A stretch of 48,475 nucleotides of DNA from an uncultured bacterium (GTDB lineage Bacteria > CAYJRR01). This document shows positions 8,969 through 18,653 of this stretch, piece by piece. How positions within the stretch are numbered: the first letter of the stretch is position 1; each line of letters begins with the position of its first letter. A model generated the notes under the pieces. The model searched no databases. It saw only the letters and a program-made list of their open reading frames with translations, and was not told the origin of the DNA. The translations under genes were made by a program, and so were the position numbers. The stretch lies in contig CAYJRR010000017.1 in NCBI GenBank assembly GCA_964372275.1, positions 1 through 48,475 on the forward strand. Reading direction: 5' to 3'.

Positions 8969-9343
8969 ATGAGCGTCGAAACCGTCGTCCTCTTCGCCGC
9001 CGCCCTGGTCTTCCTCGGCGTCGCCGTGCAGGGACTCTTCCTTCCCGGCCGGATCCTCGAGCCGCTCGGCCAGAAGATCGGGACGCCGAGCGTCGCGAAC
9101 GAGATCCGCGCGAACTACGGCGGCATGCACCTGGGGATCGCGGCGCTGATGGCGATCGGCGCCACCAAGCCGCCGCTCGCCGGACCGGCGCTCGCGCTCC
9201 TCTTCGCCTTCTGCGCCGGACTGTGCCTCGGGCGGGCGGTCAGCTGGCTCGCCGACGGCGCGCCGAACCGGTTCCTTCGCCTCTTCTTCGCGCTGGAAGC
9301 GGTCGGCGCCGCGGCCGCGCTGGCGCTCCTGCTTCGGCGCTAA
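8969..9343 (+). CDS. DUF4345-like 4-TM membrane protein
   Basis: NEIRANYGG motif, GRAVSWLADG, four hydrophobic segments. Confidence 0.8.
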   Translation: MSVETVVLFAAALVFLGVAVQGLFLPGRILEPLGQKIGTPSVANEIRANYGGMHLGIAALMAIGATKPPLAGPALALLFAFCAGLCLGRAVSWLADGAPNRFLRLFFALEAVGAAAALALLLRR

Positions 9344-10074
9344 CGAAAGTAGGCGTCGACCTCGTCGGTGACGCGGTTCATCACCGCCTCGAACTCGACG
9401 CGACGTCGTTCGAACGCCTCCCCTTCCAGCGCCGGATCGACCGCGAACGGCTCGCCGAACTTCACCACGCCGCGGGTGAACGGGAGGGGGATCATCGTGC
9501 GGTCCCACGACTTGAGGCGGATGCAGCGCTCGAACGCGAACTGGACCGGAACGATCGGCACCCCCGCGCGCTGCGCGATCGCCAACGCCCCGGGCTTGGC
9601 CACCTGCGCCGGTCCGCGGGGCGCGTCGGGGTTCAATCCGCACGGATGGCCCGCCTGGAGCTCCTCCACCATCCGCTGGATGGCGACCCGACCGCCGCGC
9701 GAGCTCGAACCGCGGACGGCTCGGTTCCCGAGGGCGCGGATGAGACCCACCGCCCATTCGCCGTCCCGGCTGGCCGAGGCCATGTAGTTGCCGTTGCGAC
9801 AACGCCAGAAGTAGATGGCAAACAAGACCCCGCGGTGCCAGGTGGCGTAGAACATCGGACCCCGGGCGCGAAGTCGCCGCTCCTCCTCCCCCCCGATCAC
9901 CGACAGCCGCACCGACCGGCACAGCGCCCACAACGCGATTGCGAACAGGCGGGTGACGGCGAAGACGAGTAGCCGGAAGTGCCACGGATGCCGGACCTGC
10001 TCGTCACGGCGATCGGCCGCGTCGCCCGGATCGGGAACGCCGACCGTCTGCGCCGGTTCCGCGGATGCGCGCAT
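9340..10074 (-). CDS. DUF374 / lysophospholipid acyltransferase family protein
   Basis: YATWH, MASASRDGE, VRGSSSRGG, PDAPRGP, LKSWDRTMIPLPF; start uncertain. Confidence 0.88.
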   Translation of the reverse strand: MRASAEPAQTVGVPDPGDAADRRDEQVRHPWHFRLLVFAVTRLFAIALWALCRSVRLSVIGGEEERRLRARGPMFYATWHRGVLFAIYFWRCRNGNYMASASRDGEWAVGLIRALGNRAVRGSSSRGGRVAIQRMVEELQAGHPCGLNPDAPRGPAQVAKPGALAIAQRAGVPIVPVQFAFERCIRLKSWDRTMIPLPFTRGVVKFGEPFAVDPALEGEAFERRRVEFEAVMNRVTDEVDAYFR

Positions 10075-10166
10075 CGCGCGAGAGGTTGTAGCACGCGAAC
10101 GACCGTGCCGGACGCCTCGACGAACGTGGCTCGACGGAACTATCCTTTGCAGCCAGGGGGAGTCCG

Positions 10167-11363
10167 ATGTCCCGACGGGCGATCTGGCAGGTGCCGACGT
10201 TGCAAGCAACGGCGGGGCACGAGCGGAAGGTCACCTGGCTCGAGCTTTTCTACGACCTGGTCCTGGTGGTCGTCGTTTCGGAGCTAGCCCACCGGCTTGT
10301 GGGGATCGAATCGGCGCGCGGTCTGGTCCCGTACGCGCTGCTGTTCGCGCCCGTCTGGTGGCTCTGGCTCGGGATCACCTTCTATTCCGAACGCTTCGAA
10401 ACCGACGGACTGGAGAATCGCCTCTTCTTCCTCTGCAACATGGTCCCGTTGGCCGGCTTCGCCGTCTTTGCACGCGACGGGATGGGGGCGGGCTCGACCG
10501 GCTTCGCCCTCTCCTACGTCCTCGCGCGATCGATCCTCGTCTTCATGTGGCTTCGCGCGTCGTACCACGTGCCGGCATTCCGGCCGACCGGCCGGATCTT
10601 CGGCGTCGGATTCTCCCTGTCGATCCTGCTCTTCCTCGCCTCGATCCACGTCGAGCCGCCGCTGAAGTTCGTCCTCTGGCTGGTCGCCGTGGTCGGCGAT
10701 CAGGTCACCCCCTGGTTCACGCTCCCCCACCAGGCGAAGCTTCCCCGCTTCAGCACCTCGCGTCTTCCGGAGCGGCTCGGCCTGTTCGTGATCATCGTGC
10801 TGGGGGAGTCGGTGGTCGCCGTCGTCCACGGGGTCGCGGAGCATCACCACCTCACCACCGAGGTGGTGGTTCGCAGCCTCCTGGGCTTGTGCGTCGGCTT
10901 CGCCCTGTGGTCGGTCTACTTCGACTTCATCGGACGCCGCGGCCCGCGCCCCAGCGCTCTGTCGACGATCTGCTGGACCAATCTGCACTTCCCGTTGGTC
11001 CTCTCGATCGCCGCCGCGGGACCGGGGATTCTCGGGACCATCACTCACCACGGCGCCGGGTGGCTCCTGCCGGTTGCAACCGGAACCGCGCTGGTGACGA
11101 TGGGGCTGATCGAGGCTGCGCTCGTCCGCGCGGACGACGAGCCGACGAACCTCTTCGTCAGCTCCTCCTTGAAGGTCGGGGCGGGCGCGGCGTCGTTCGC
11201 GTTCGCCGCGACACCGGTCGCGCACGGGCTTCCATCGCTCCTCGTCCCGCTGGCGCTGCTGTCGGTGCAAATGATCTACGGCGGATGGGTCTGGTTCCGT
11301 CAGGACGTGGCGTCGACGTCGCTGTCGGCCCACGTCGCGAACCAGCGCCCGCCGTCGGCGTAA
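10167..11363 (+). CDS. ltrA: Low temperature requirement protein A (LtrA) family membrane protein
   Basis: ERKVTWLELFYDLV, RLPERLGLFVIIVLGESV, multiple TM helices. Confidence 0.92.
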   Translation: MSRRAIWQVPTLQATAGHERKVTWLELFYDLVLVVVVSELAHRLVGIESARGLVPYALLFAPVWWLWLGITFYSERFETDGLENRLFFLCNMVPLAGFAVFARDGMGAGSTGFALSYVLARSILVFMWLRASYHVPAFRPTGRIFGVGFSLSILLFLASIHVEPPLKFVLWLVAVVGDQVTPWFTLPHQAKLPRFSTSRLPERLGLFVIIVLGESVVAVVHGVAEHHHLTTEVVVRSLLGLCVGFALWSVYFDFIGRRGPRPSALSTICWTNLHFPLVLSIAAAGPGILGTITHHGAGWLLPVATGTALVTMGLIEAALVRADDEPTNLFVSSSLKVGAGAASFAFAATPVAHGLPSLLVPLALLSVQMIYGGWVWFRQDVASTSLSAHVANQRPPSA

Positions 11364-12292
11364 AGGGCGGCGTCGCGCGTGCCCGCCGGGATCGTCACGT
11401 TCCACGGCAGCGACTCGCGTGCGAAGAATCCGAACCGCCAGAGCGCCAGCCGCGCCGCCTCCGTGCCGGTGGCGCGCAACTCCAGCGCCACCGCCCCCGC
11501 CGATTCGCGCAGCACGGCATGGAGAAGCTCGGCGAAGCGGTGGCGCGGCGCCACCCAGTCGATGATCCTCAATCGGCGTCCACATCGCTCCAGCGCCACC
11601 GCCGCGAACGGCCGGCCCCGGTCGACCGCCACGAAGCCACGCTGCCGCCCCGACGGGGACCGGGCGAAACGCCAGCCGTAGAAACGGGCGTCCCGGACGA
11701 CCGCGATGCCGGCAGGATCGGCGCACCGTTCCCAGACCTCGTCGACGCGCCGGTCGTCGCCGTCGATCGGCTCGAGGCGGATCTGGCTGGAGAAGTGGAG
11801 CCACGGCATCAGCAGGTTGCGCGCAACTTCCGTCCCGATCCCCGCCCGCGCGGCGAGCAGCGGCCGGACGTGCCGAATCAACCGCTCCACGTCGCGCGCG
11901 CCGACGTTCCGGAGCGGCGTCCCGTTCGCCGGGAGCGGCGTGCCGTGGACGAACTCGATCCCCCGTTCCCGCATCGCCGCTCCGGCGGCCCGGTGGAGGG
12001 CGGTGCCGATCCCCCGCCGGCGGTAGCCGGGTCGAACGAAATCGTCGCCGCCCAGGGCGGAACGCACCTCGCGGCCGGCCGCCCTCACCCGGCGCGGAAA
12101 GACGGAACACATCCCCGCCGTTGCCCCGGAATCGTCGTCGACGGCGAGGACGGTCGACGCGTCGCCGTCCGGATTCTCGCGATACAACCACGCGTGGCGC
12201 CGTGCCACGTCGGTCCCCGGCATCAGCTCCGCCATCAGCTCGAGAATGCGCCCGTCGTCCCCGCCACCCGCCCGTCGGATTCCGATCGCCAT
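11300..12292 (-). CDS. GNAT family N-acetyltransferase
   Basis: WLYRENPDG, DDFVRPGYRRRGIGTAL (acetyl-CoA-binding motif A), second GNAT-like half VRDARFYGWRF. Confidence 0.85.
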   Translation of the reverse strand: MAIGIRRAGGGDDGRILELMAELMPGTDVARRHAWLYRENPDGDASTVLAVDDDSGATAGMCSVFPRRVRAAGREVRSALGGDDFVRPGYRRRGIGTALHRAAGAAMRERGIEFVHGTPLPANGTPLRNVGARDVERLIRHVRPLLAARAGIGTEVARNLLMPWLHFSSQIRLEPIDGDDRRVDEVWERCADPAGIAVVRDARFYGWRFARSPSGRQRGFVAVDRGRPFAAVALERCGRRLRIIDWVAPRHRFAELLHAVLRESAGAVALELRATGTEAARLALWRFGFFARESLPWNVTIPAGTRDAALYADGGRWFATWADSDVDATS

Positions 12293-12353
12293 GGAACCAC
12301 GGATGTGAACGAAAGGGTCCGTGGCAACTCGTCGTATACTGGACGGCGAAGCC

Positions 12354-15300
12354 ATGGCCAGCGTCGTCGTCCAGGAGTTCGAGAAGGCCGCGTGGGCCGA
12401 CCCCGCACAGCTGGAGCAGTTCGTCGCGTCGGTCGCTTCGCTCGACCTCTCCGAGACGAAGAAGATGCTCGCCATCCTCACCAACATCCGGACGGCGTCG
12501 GACGCCGCCGCGCATCGGAAGCGATGCGTCGTCTTCGGGCGGTTGGCGGCGAAGTTCCCCCACAAGGAGATGTTCCTCGAGTTCGTCCAGGTCCTGAAGG
12601 GCGAGGACCCGCAGGTTCGGGCGCTCATGGCGCTGCTGTTGCCGGCGGTGAACAACGTCACGCAGCATCCCGAGCTTTGCGCCGTCCTGCGCCACGGAAA
12701 CCCCGACGTGCGGCGCGCCGCCGCCGGGGTCTTGCGCCAGATCGGCGGGAAGACGGTCTTCCGGCTGCTCGGTGAGTTCCTGACCGAGCGCGTCTTCGCC
12801 GGTCGCATCGAGGCGATGGACATCCTGGTCGGGGTCGCGGGGCACCACGCGATCCCGTCGCTCGCGCCGGTCCTGGCCACCGGCACCGACGAGGACAAGA
12901 TGCACGTCCTCGCGCTCCTTTCCGACGCCCGCTACATGGCGGCGGCACGGGCGTCGGCGATCAAGGCGATCCTCCCGGCGCTGCGCGACCTGAACGAGGA
13001 GGTGGTCGTCCGCGCCGTCCAGGCGATCAACGCCGAAGGCGCCGAGGACGACTTCTTCGTGCACCTGGAACCGCGTCTCGACGCGGCGAATCTGCGCTTG
13101 ACCCGCGCCATCCTCGAGGGGCTCAAGCGCTTCAACAGTCCGCGGGCGATCAACACCTTGCAGGAGCGGTTCCGGGCCGGTCCGAACAAGGTGCGCCTCA
13201 TCGTGCTGGAGATCCTGGAACAGATCGGGACGACGGCAATCGTTCCGATCCTGGTCGAGGCCGCGAACAGCCGGTATCTGCAGGTGCGCACCTCCGCCGC
13301 CGGCGTGCTCTCCAACCTCGGAAAGTCGGGAAAGATCGATCCGGCGATCACCATCCTGGGACTCTTGCGCAGCTCGGACGAGGTGGTCCGCCGCATCGCC
13401 GCGGACGTCGCCGCCAACATGGGCAAGGCCGACACCGAGCTCTGGAAGCGCCTGCTCGGCTACTTGCGCGATGAAGACTGGTGGGTGCGCGAGCGGGTGA
13501 TGGACGCGCTCCTGCAGATGACCGGGTCGGAGCTTTCGAGCCACGTCCTGTGGCTCCTGAACGACCCGTCGGAGGTCGTCCGTCGATTCGCGGTGAACGC
13601 GTTGATGCGCCTGAAGCCGCCCGAGGCGCTGCAACCGCTGGCCAAGGCCGCCACCTCCGACCCCGACTGGTGGGTGCAGGAGCTTTCGATCGAGGCGATC
13701 GGCGTGCTCGGCGACAAGCGCGCGGTGCCCTTCCTGCTCGAGCGCCTCTTCGCCAACGAGGACACGCGACTGGTCTGCATACGGGCGCTCGCCGCGCTGG
13801 GGGACCCGTCGGCGGCGCCGCACCTCGCCAAGCTCCTCGCCGCGGCCGAGCCCGACCTGCGCATGGCAGCCCTGCAGGCGTTGGCCACTCTCAACGACCG
13901 CGAGCAGCGCCTCGCCATCCAACCGCTCACCGAGGATCCCGACGTCCGCGTGCGCGCCTTCGCGCGGGAGTTGCTGGGCCGATGGGGCCTCAACTGGAAG
14001 GACGCGCAGACCGGCGCCATCGGCAGGGCCCTTTCGCCGCTCGATCAACTTCTCGTCTCGTGCGCGCAGGCAAGCGGCGACGACCTGATCCTGCTCGCAT
14101 GGCGGCCACCGACGGTAAAGAGCATGGGGGTGACCGTCGCGCTCTCGGACAACCTGATCAGCGCCGACGACATGGAGAAGCTGATCTACCCGTGCCTGAC
14201 CTCCGAGCAGAAGGAGGACCTCAAGGCGCTCCGCGACGTCGACTTCTCCTACGAGGTCCGTTCGGAGGGCCTGCGCTTCCGCGTCAACGTATTCCGCCAT
14301 ACGACGGGGCTGGGGGCGGTCTTCCGGATCATCAAGGGCGAAGTCCCCGACATCGAGAAACTGGGGCTTCCGCCGATCGTGCAGGGCCTCGGCGACCTGA
14401 AGAACGGCCTGGTGCTGGTCGGCGGGCCGACCGGCGCCGGGAAGTCGACCACCCTCGCCGCGCTGATCGACTCGATCAATCGCAAGTACCCCAAGCACAT
14501 CCTCACCATCGAGGACCCCATCGAGGTGATCCACCAGGGGAAGCGCGGTCGCGCCACGCAACGCGAACTGGGCACGCATGCGCGCTCGTTCACGTCGGCG
14601 TTGCGCTCGACCTTGCGCGAAGATCCCGACGTCATCCTGGTCGGAGAGCTGCGCGACCTGGAGACGATCTCGTTCGCCGTCACCGCCGCCGAGACCGGCC
14701 ACCTGGTGCTGGGCACGGTCCACGCCGTGTCGGCCGATTCGGTCGTCGACCGTCTCATCAACGCCTTCCCCGCCGGGCAGCAGCCGCAGGTCCGCTCGAT
14801 GCTCGCCTCCTCGCTTCGCGCCGTGATCTGCCAGTACCTGATCCCGAAGAAGGACGGGAGCGGTCGCACGCTCGCCATCGAGATCATGTTGAACACCGAC
14901 GCCGTCTCCAACCTGATCCGCAAGGGGAAGGCGTTCCAGATCTCGTCGGTGATCGCCACCTCCCGTACCAACGGGATGCAGCTGATGGACGTGGAGCTCA
15001 CCCGGCTCTACCAGGAGGGGGTGATCACGGCCGAGGACGCCTACATGAAGGCGCGGTCGAAGAAGGACTTCGAGAAGATGCTCGCCGAGTCGGCCGATGC
15101 CGCGTCGGTGGCGGCGGGGGTCGCCGCGAGCGCCACCAACAAGCAGGCAGGCAGCCCGAACGCCGCCCCCCGCCCGATCCATCCCGCCGCCGCCGCGCCT
15201 TCGCCCCCCGGAGCGGTTCGTCCGGGGGTGGTCGGAACCGGCGCCCCCGCGCGCCCGGTTGTCCCCGCGCCGGCGACGGCGCAGGCGGCAACGCCGCCGT

Positions 15301-15437
15301 CCGCGCCGACCGCGCGGCCCGGCGTGCCGGGACCAAATCCGGCCGCAGCGACCGCCGCGCGACCGACGAACCCGCCCGGACCCGGCGCGCCGGCCGGTGG
15401 ACCGCCGGCGCCGACCACCGCCACGGGAACGAAGTAG
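12354..15437 (+). CDS. HEAT-repeat-PilT/PilU ATPase fusion with a Pro/Ala-rich tail
   Basis: About 550 aa of HEAT repeats (DVRRAAAGVL, DWWVRERVMDAL, EVVRRFAVNAL, DVRVRAFARELL), then RFRVNVF, Walker A GPTGAGKST, Asp box TIEDPIE, Walker B DVILVGELRD, His box TGHLVLGTVH, AVSNLIRK. Alternative start GTG 12321. Confidence 0.92.
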   Translation: MASVVVQEFEKAAWADPAQLEQFVASVASLDLSETKKMLAILTNIRTASDAAAHRKRCVVFGRLAAKFPHKEMFLEFVQVLKGEDPQVRALMALLLPAVNNVTQHPELCAVLRHGNPDVRRAAAGVLRQIGGKTVFRLLGEFLTERVFAGRIEAMDILVGVAGHHAIPSLAPVLATGTDEDKMHVLALLSDARYMAAARASAIKAILPALRDLNEEVVVRAVQAINAEGAEDDFFVHLEPRLDAANLRLTRAILEGLKRFNSPRAINTLQERFRAGPNKVRLIVLEILEQIGTTAIVPILVEAANSRYLQVRTSAAGVLSNLGKSGKIDPAITILGLLRSSDEVVRRIAADVAANMGKADTELWKRLLGYLRDEDWWVRERVMDALLQMTGSELSSHVLWLLNDPSEVVRRFAVNALMRLKPPEALQPLAKAATSDPDWWVQELSIEAIGVLGDKRAVPFLLERLFANEDTRLVCIRALAALGDPSAAPHLAKLLAAAEPDLRMAALQALATLNDREQRLAIQPLTEDPDVRVRAFARELLGRWGLNWKDAQTGAIGRALSPLDQLLVSCAQASGDDLILLAWRPPTVKSMGVTVALSDNLISADDMEKLIYPCLTSEQKEDLKALRDVDFSYEVRSEGLRFRVNVFRHTTGLGAVFRIIKGEVPDIEKLGLPPIVQGLGDLKNGLVLVGGPTGAGKSTTLAALIDSINRKYPKHILTIEDPIEVIHQGKRGRATQRELGTHARSFTSALRSTLREDPDVILVGELRDLETISFAVTAAETGHLVLGTVHAVSADSVVDRLINAFPAGQQPQVRSMLASSLRAVICQYLIPKKDGSGRTLAIEIMLNTDAVSNLIRKGKAFQISSVIATSRTNGMQLMDVELTRLYQEGVITAEDAYMKARSKKDFEKMLAESADAASVAAGVAASATNKQAGSPNAAPRPIHPAAAAPSPPGAVRPGVVGTGAPARPVVPAPATAQAATPPSAPTARPGVPGPNPAAATAARPTNPPGPGAPAGGPPAPTTATGTK

Positions 15438-16514
15438 ATGGCCCGCATCGACTCCTTCCTGCGACTGGTCGCCGAGCAACGCGCGAGCGATCTGCACTTC
15501 GGCGCCGGAAACATCCCGATGGTCCGCCACGACGGCGACCTGGTCCCGCTGCCGTTCCGCGCGCTGTCGGAGACCGAAGCGGAACGTTTCCTCCTCGAGA
15601 TCATGAGTCCGGACCAGCGCCGGGTCCTGAAGGAAGAGCAGCAGGTCGACTTCGTCTACGCCCTCGAAGGGTACGGCCGCTACCGGGCCAACGCCTTCCG
15701 CCACTCCAAGGGTCTCGGCGCGGTCTTCCGGATCATCCCCGACCGCATCCCGTCGATGGAGGACCTGAAGCTTCCGGCGTCGCTGAAGAAGCTCACCGAG
15801 ATGGCGAACGGCCTGGTGCTGGTCACCGGTCCCACCGGCAGCGGCAAGAGCACCACGCTGGCGGCGCTGGTGGCGGAGATCAACCGCACCTCCAACCGGC
15901 ACATCATCACCATCGAGGATCCGGTCGAGTTCCTCCACGAGCCGATCAACTGCGTCGTCACCCAACGGCAGGTCGGGCTCCACGCCGAGAGCTTCGCCGC
16001 GGCGCTGCGCTCGGCGCTACGGGAGTCGCCCGACGTGCTGGTGGTGGGCGAGATGCGCGACATGGAGACGATCTCGCTCGCGCTGTCCGCCGCCGAGACC
16101 GGCGTGCTCGTCTTCGGAACGCTCCACACCAACTCCGCCCCCAAGGCGGTCGACCGCATCCTCGACTCCTATCCGGAGGAGTCGCGCGATCCGGTCCGGG
16201 GCGTGCTCTCGGTCCTGCTCAAGGGGGCGATCGCCCAGCACCTGATCCGCGTCTCGAGCGGCGACGGCCGGCTGGGAGTGTTCGAGGTAATGCTTCACGA
16301 CTACGCCGTGGCGAACCTGATCCGCGAGAACAAGCTGCACCAGATCGACGGCTATCTCGCGTCGGCGGAGAACGCCAATACCGGCGTGCAGAGCCTCGAC
16401 GGCCACCTGATCCGGCTCCTCCGGCAGGGCCTGGTCACGCTCGACGACGCGCTGCTCGTCGCCAACCACCCCGACCGCATCCGGAAGGCGGCGGCCGAGC
16501 TGCAGGAGGAGTAG
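15438..16514 (+). CDS. pilT: PilT/PilU-family type IV pilus retraction ATPase paralogue
   Basis: ASDLH, RYRANAF, GPTGSGKST, TIEDPVE, DVLVVGEMRD, GTLHTNSA, AVANLIRE; ATG directly follows the upstream TAG. Confidence 0.93.
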   Translation: MARIDSFLRLVAEQRASDLHFGAGNIPMVRHDGDLVPLPFRALSETEAERFLLEIMSPDQRRVLKEEQQVDFVYALEGYGRYRANAFRHSKGLGAVFRIIPDRIPSMEDLKLPASLKKLTEMANGLVLVTGPTGSGKSTTLAALVAEINRTSNRHIITIEDPVEFLHEPINCVVTQRQVGLHAESFAAALRSALRESPDVLVVGEMRDMETISLALSAAETGVLVFGTLHTNSAPKAVDRILDSYPEESRDPVRGVLSVLLKGAIAQHLIRVSSGDGRLGVFEVMLHDYAVANLIRENKLHQIDGYLASAENANTGVQSLDGHLIRLLRQGLVTLDDALLVANHPDRIRKAAAELQEE

Positions 16515-16570
16515 GGCCGAGTCGTGGCGCCGGAGCGCTCGCCTCCGGGTGCGCTGCGGCCCGCCCCGGA

Positions 16571-17455
16571 TCAGCGCGCCTGGCCGGCGCCGGCCGACGA
16601 TCCCGTGCCGGAGGTCGCGGTGACGGCGCCGCTCGCGGGGCCGCGGCCGACGTTCGATCCGCCGGCGAGCGGCTCGGCGACGATCATCGGGAGCGCGCCT
16701 TGGACCGGCCGGCTGGCGGTCGTCGCCCGCAGCATCGTGGCGCCGCTGATCCGTTCCTGTCCCAGGATCCCGGACATCCAGACCACCTTGCCCGAGCGGT
16801 CCGCCCACTTCTTGCCGGAGACGAGCAGATGCCGGCCCGGCGCGACCGTCAAGCGGCCGGTCTGTCCGTTCATGCCGTGGCGAAACGGGTGGTACTGGCC
16901 GCGGACCGCGATCGGGCTCTCGACACCGCCGAGGAAGCCCGGGTTGCAGGGGCAGCGGTAGAACGTGGTCGGGCCCTTCAGCGTGACGGTCGCGCCGCTC
17001 AAGGCGTGGAGCCGTCCCGCGAGGTCGAGGTCCTTGACGTCGTAGATGACCGTCCCCATGCGGATGCCGACGATCGGCCGACAACGCGCGTTCGGCGGAC
17101 AGGCCGGATCGTTACGAAGTTCGACGACGCCGGTGATGAACTCGTCGGAGCGGCCGGGGGCGAAGCCGACCGCCTCGATCGACGGCGCCGGCGTCGAGCG
17201 CCCCTTCGCGACCCCCTTCACCGTCACGACCTTCCGGTCGAAGGCCTGCAGGTCGGCCACGAGATCCCCGCGGACGCGCATCCACCGGTCGCCGTCGGCC
17301 AGCGCGACGATCGGCTTGCACGGGCCGGGGTAGCAGCGCGGGACCGAAACCTCCACGCGACCGGTGAACGACGTCAGGCCCCTCTCCGCGGCGGCGATGG
17401 CGGGAAGGAGGACGGCGGCGGCGACGAAAACGCTCTTCATCGATCGTGCGGTCAT
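16571..17455 (-). CDS. Secreted hypothetical protein with internally repeated Cys-containing modules
   Basis: RBS AGGAGA (17461-17466); signal peptide MKSVFVAAAVLLPAIAAA; repeats FTGRVEV..CYPGPCKPIVAL..DLQAFDRKVVTVKG and ITGVVEL..CPPNARCRPIVGI..RLHALSGATVTLKG. Confidence 0.75.
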   Translation of the reverse strand: MTARSMKSVFVAAAVLLPAIAAAERGLTSFTGRVEVSVPRCYPGPCKPIVALADGDRWMRVRGDLVADLQAFDRKVVTVKGVAKGRSTPAPSIEAVGFAPGRSDEFITGVVELRNDPACPPNARCRPIVGIRMGTVIYDVKDLDLAGRLHALSGATVTLKGPTTFYRCPCNPGFLGGVESPIAVRGQYHPFRHGMNGQTGRLTVAPGRHLLVSGKKWADRSGKVVWMSGILGQERISGATMLRATTASRPVQGALPMIVAEPLAGGSNVGRGPASGAVTATSGTGSSAGAGQAR

Positions 17456-17494
17456 GTCGGTCTCCTGGCGGTTCGGGCGTGGACGCCGCCGCCA

Positions 17495-17508
17495 GCAATG
17501 CCCATGCC
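17495..17508 (-). promoter_or_regulatory. Putative sigma54 -24/-12 promoter
   Basis: Minus strand CGGCAT-GGGCA-TTGCT (GG-N10-GC), 40 nt upstream of ATG 17455. Confidence 0.6.
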
Positions 17509-17684
17509 GGCCATCGCGCGAGAAATCGCTTTCGCGCCGCGGTGCGATCGCGGGATCGCCCTGCGATGTGGGGCATGGCCGTCTCATCCGATCCGGTCGC
17601 TGCGGTGAATCGTGGATCAACGTCCGGGCCGCGTCGTCGCCGTCGCATGGCGCGTCCCTCCGGAGCCGCTATCTTCGATCTCCT

Positions 17685-18485
17685 GTGCCGTCGATCCCGC
17701 CCGCCGTCGAGTCGCTCGATGCGCTCGAGCGACCCCGACCCCCGCCGAGTCCCTTCGACGTCTCGATCACCATCCGTCGGTTCGCGCTGCTGACCTACGC
17801 GGTCGATCCGGCGCGCGTGCAGCGCCATCTTCCAGCCACTCTCGAGGCCGAGCGCTTCGACCTCGGACCGGAGCGCGCGTTCGTGTCGGCGGTGGCGTTC
17901 GTCAACGACGGTCTCCGTTTCGGGTTCGCACCCTGGGCCCGCCTCCGCGTGCCCCAGGTCAATCTCCGGGCGTACGTCCGCCGCGGCGACGAGCGCGCGG
18001 TCTGGTTCTTCGCGACGGCCCTCGGCAGCCGGTGGGTCGCCGTTCCCCGGCGGCTGTGGCGCCTACCGTGGAGCCTCGCCCGAATCGGGATCGACGCCTC
18101 CGACTCCGACGGCCGCACCGCCGGGTACCGACTGCGCGCGACGACGGCGCTCGGATCGGTCGAGCTCGACGCCGAAGGAACCGACGAACCGGCCGGACGA
18201 CTGCCCGGCTTCGCCGACGACGTCGAGACGGCAGGCGTGCTCACCCACCCGGTCCGTGGATACTACCGCCGGAGCGACGGTCGCCTCGCGCGCCTCGACG
18301 TCTGGCATCGACGGATGGAGGCGTTCCGCGCCCGTCCGACGCACGCGCGCGTCGAGCCGTTCGAGCGGTTGGGGATCGTCTCGACCGGAGAGCCGCCGCA
18401 TTCGGTCCTCCTCTGCCGCGACTTCGACCTGCGGGTGATCCTCCCCCCCCACGTCCACCGCGAGCTTCCTCGCGCGCCCGCCTAG
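17685..18485 (+). CDS. DUF2071 (YqjF-like) family protein
   Basis: FALLTYAVDPARVQRHLP, AFVSAVAF, QVNLRAYV, AVWFF, RRLWRLPW; start uncertain. Confidence 0.8.
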   Translation: MPSIPPAVESLDALERPRPPPSPFDVSITIRRFALLTYAVDPARVQRHLPATLEAERFDLGPERAFVSAVAFVNDGLRFGFAPWARLRVPQVNLRAYVRRGDERAVWFFATALGSRWVAVPRRLWRLPWSLARIGIDASDSDGRTAGYRLRATTALGSVELDAEGTDEPAGRLPGFADDVETAGVLTHPVRGYYRRSDGRLARLDVWHRRMEAFRARPTHARVEPFERLGIVSTGEPPHSVLLCRDFDLRVILPPHVHRELPRAPA

Positions 18486-18625
18486 GCACGGCCAGCCGCT
18501 CCGCCGAGACGGGCGAAGGGAAAAGATTCCCCACCCTGGACAGAGGCGATCCCAGGTCGCCGCCGCGATTCGCCACCGACGGCCGGAACCGGGCGTGAAA
18601 CCGACGGTCGCCGCGGCGTCTCCGG

Positions 18626-18641
18626 TGGCATGCCCATTGCT
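18626..18641 (+). promoter_or_regulatory. Putative sigma54 -24/-12 promoter
   Basis: TGGCAT-GCCCA-TTGCT, near consensus. Confidence 0.65.
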
Positions 18642-18653
18642 CGGTCGGCCGCA

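Noticed and set aside
10136-10150. Sigma54-like motif upstream of ltrA
   Set aside because: GG-to-GC spacing is 11 nt, not the required 10.
10284-15983. 1899-aa minus-strand ORF (and 9953-12775, 13481-17608 on plus)
   Set aside because: Shadow or alternative frames of ltrA, GNAT and the PilT genes; long stop-free frames are expected at this GC content and show no motifs.
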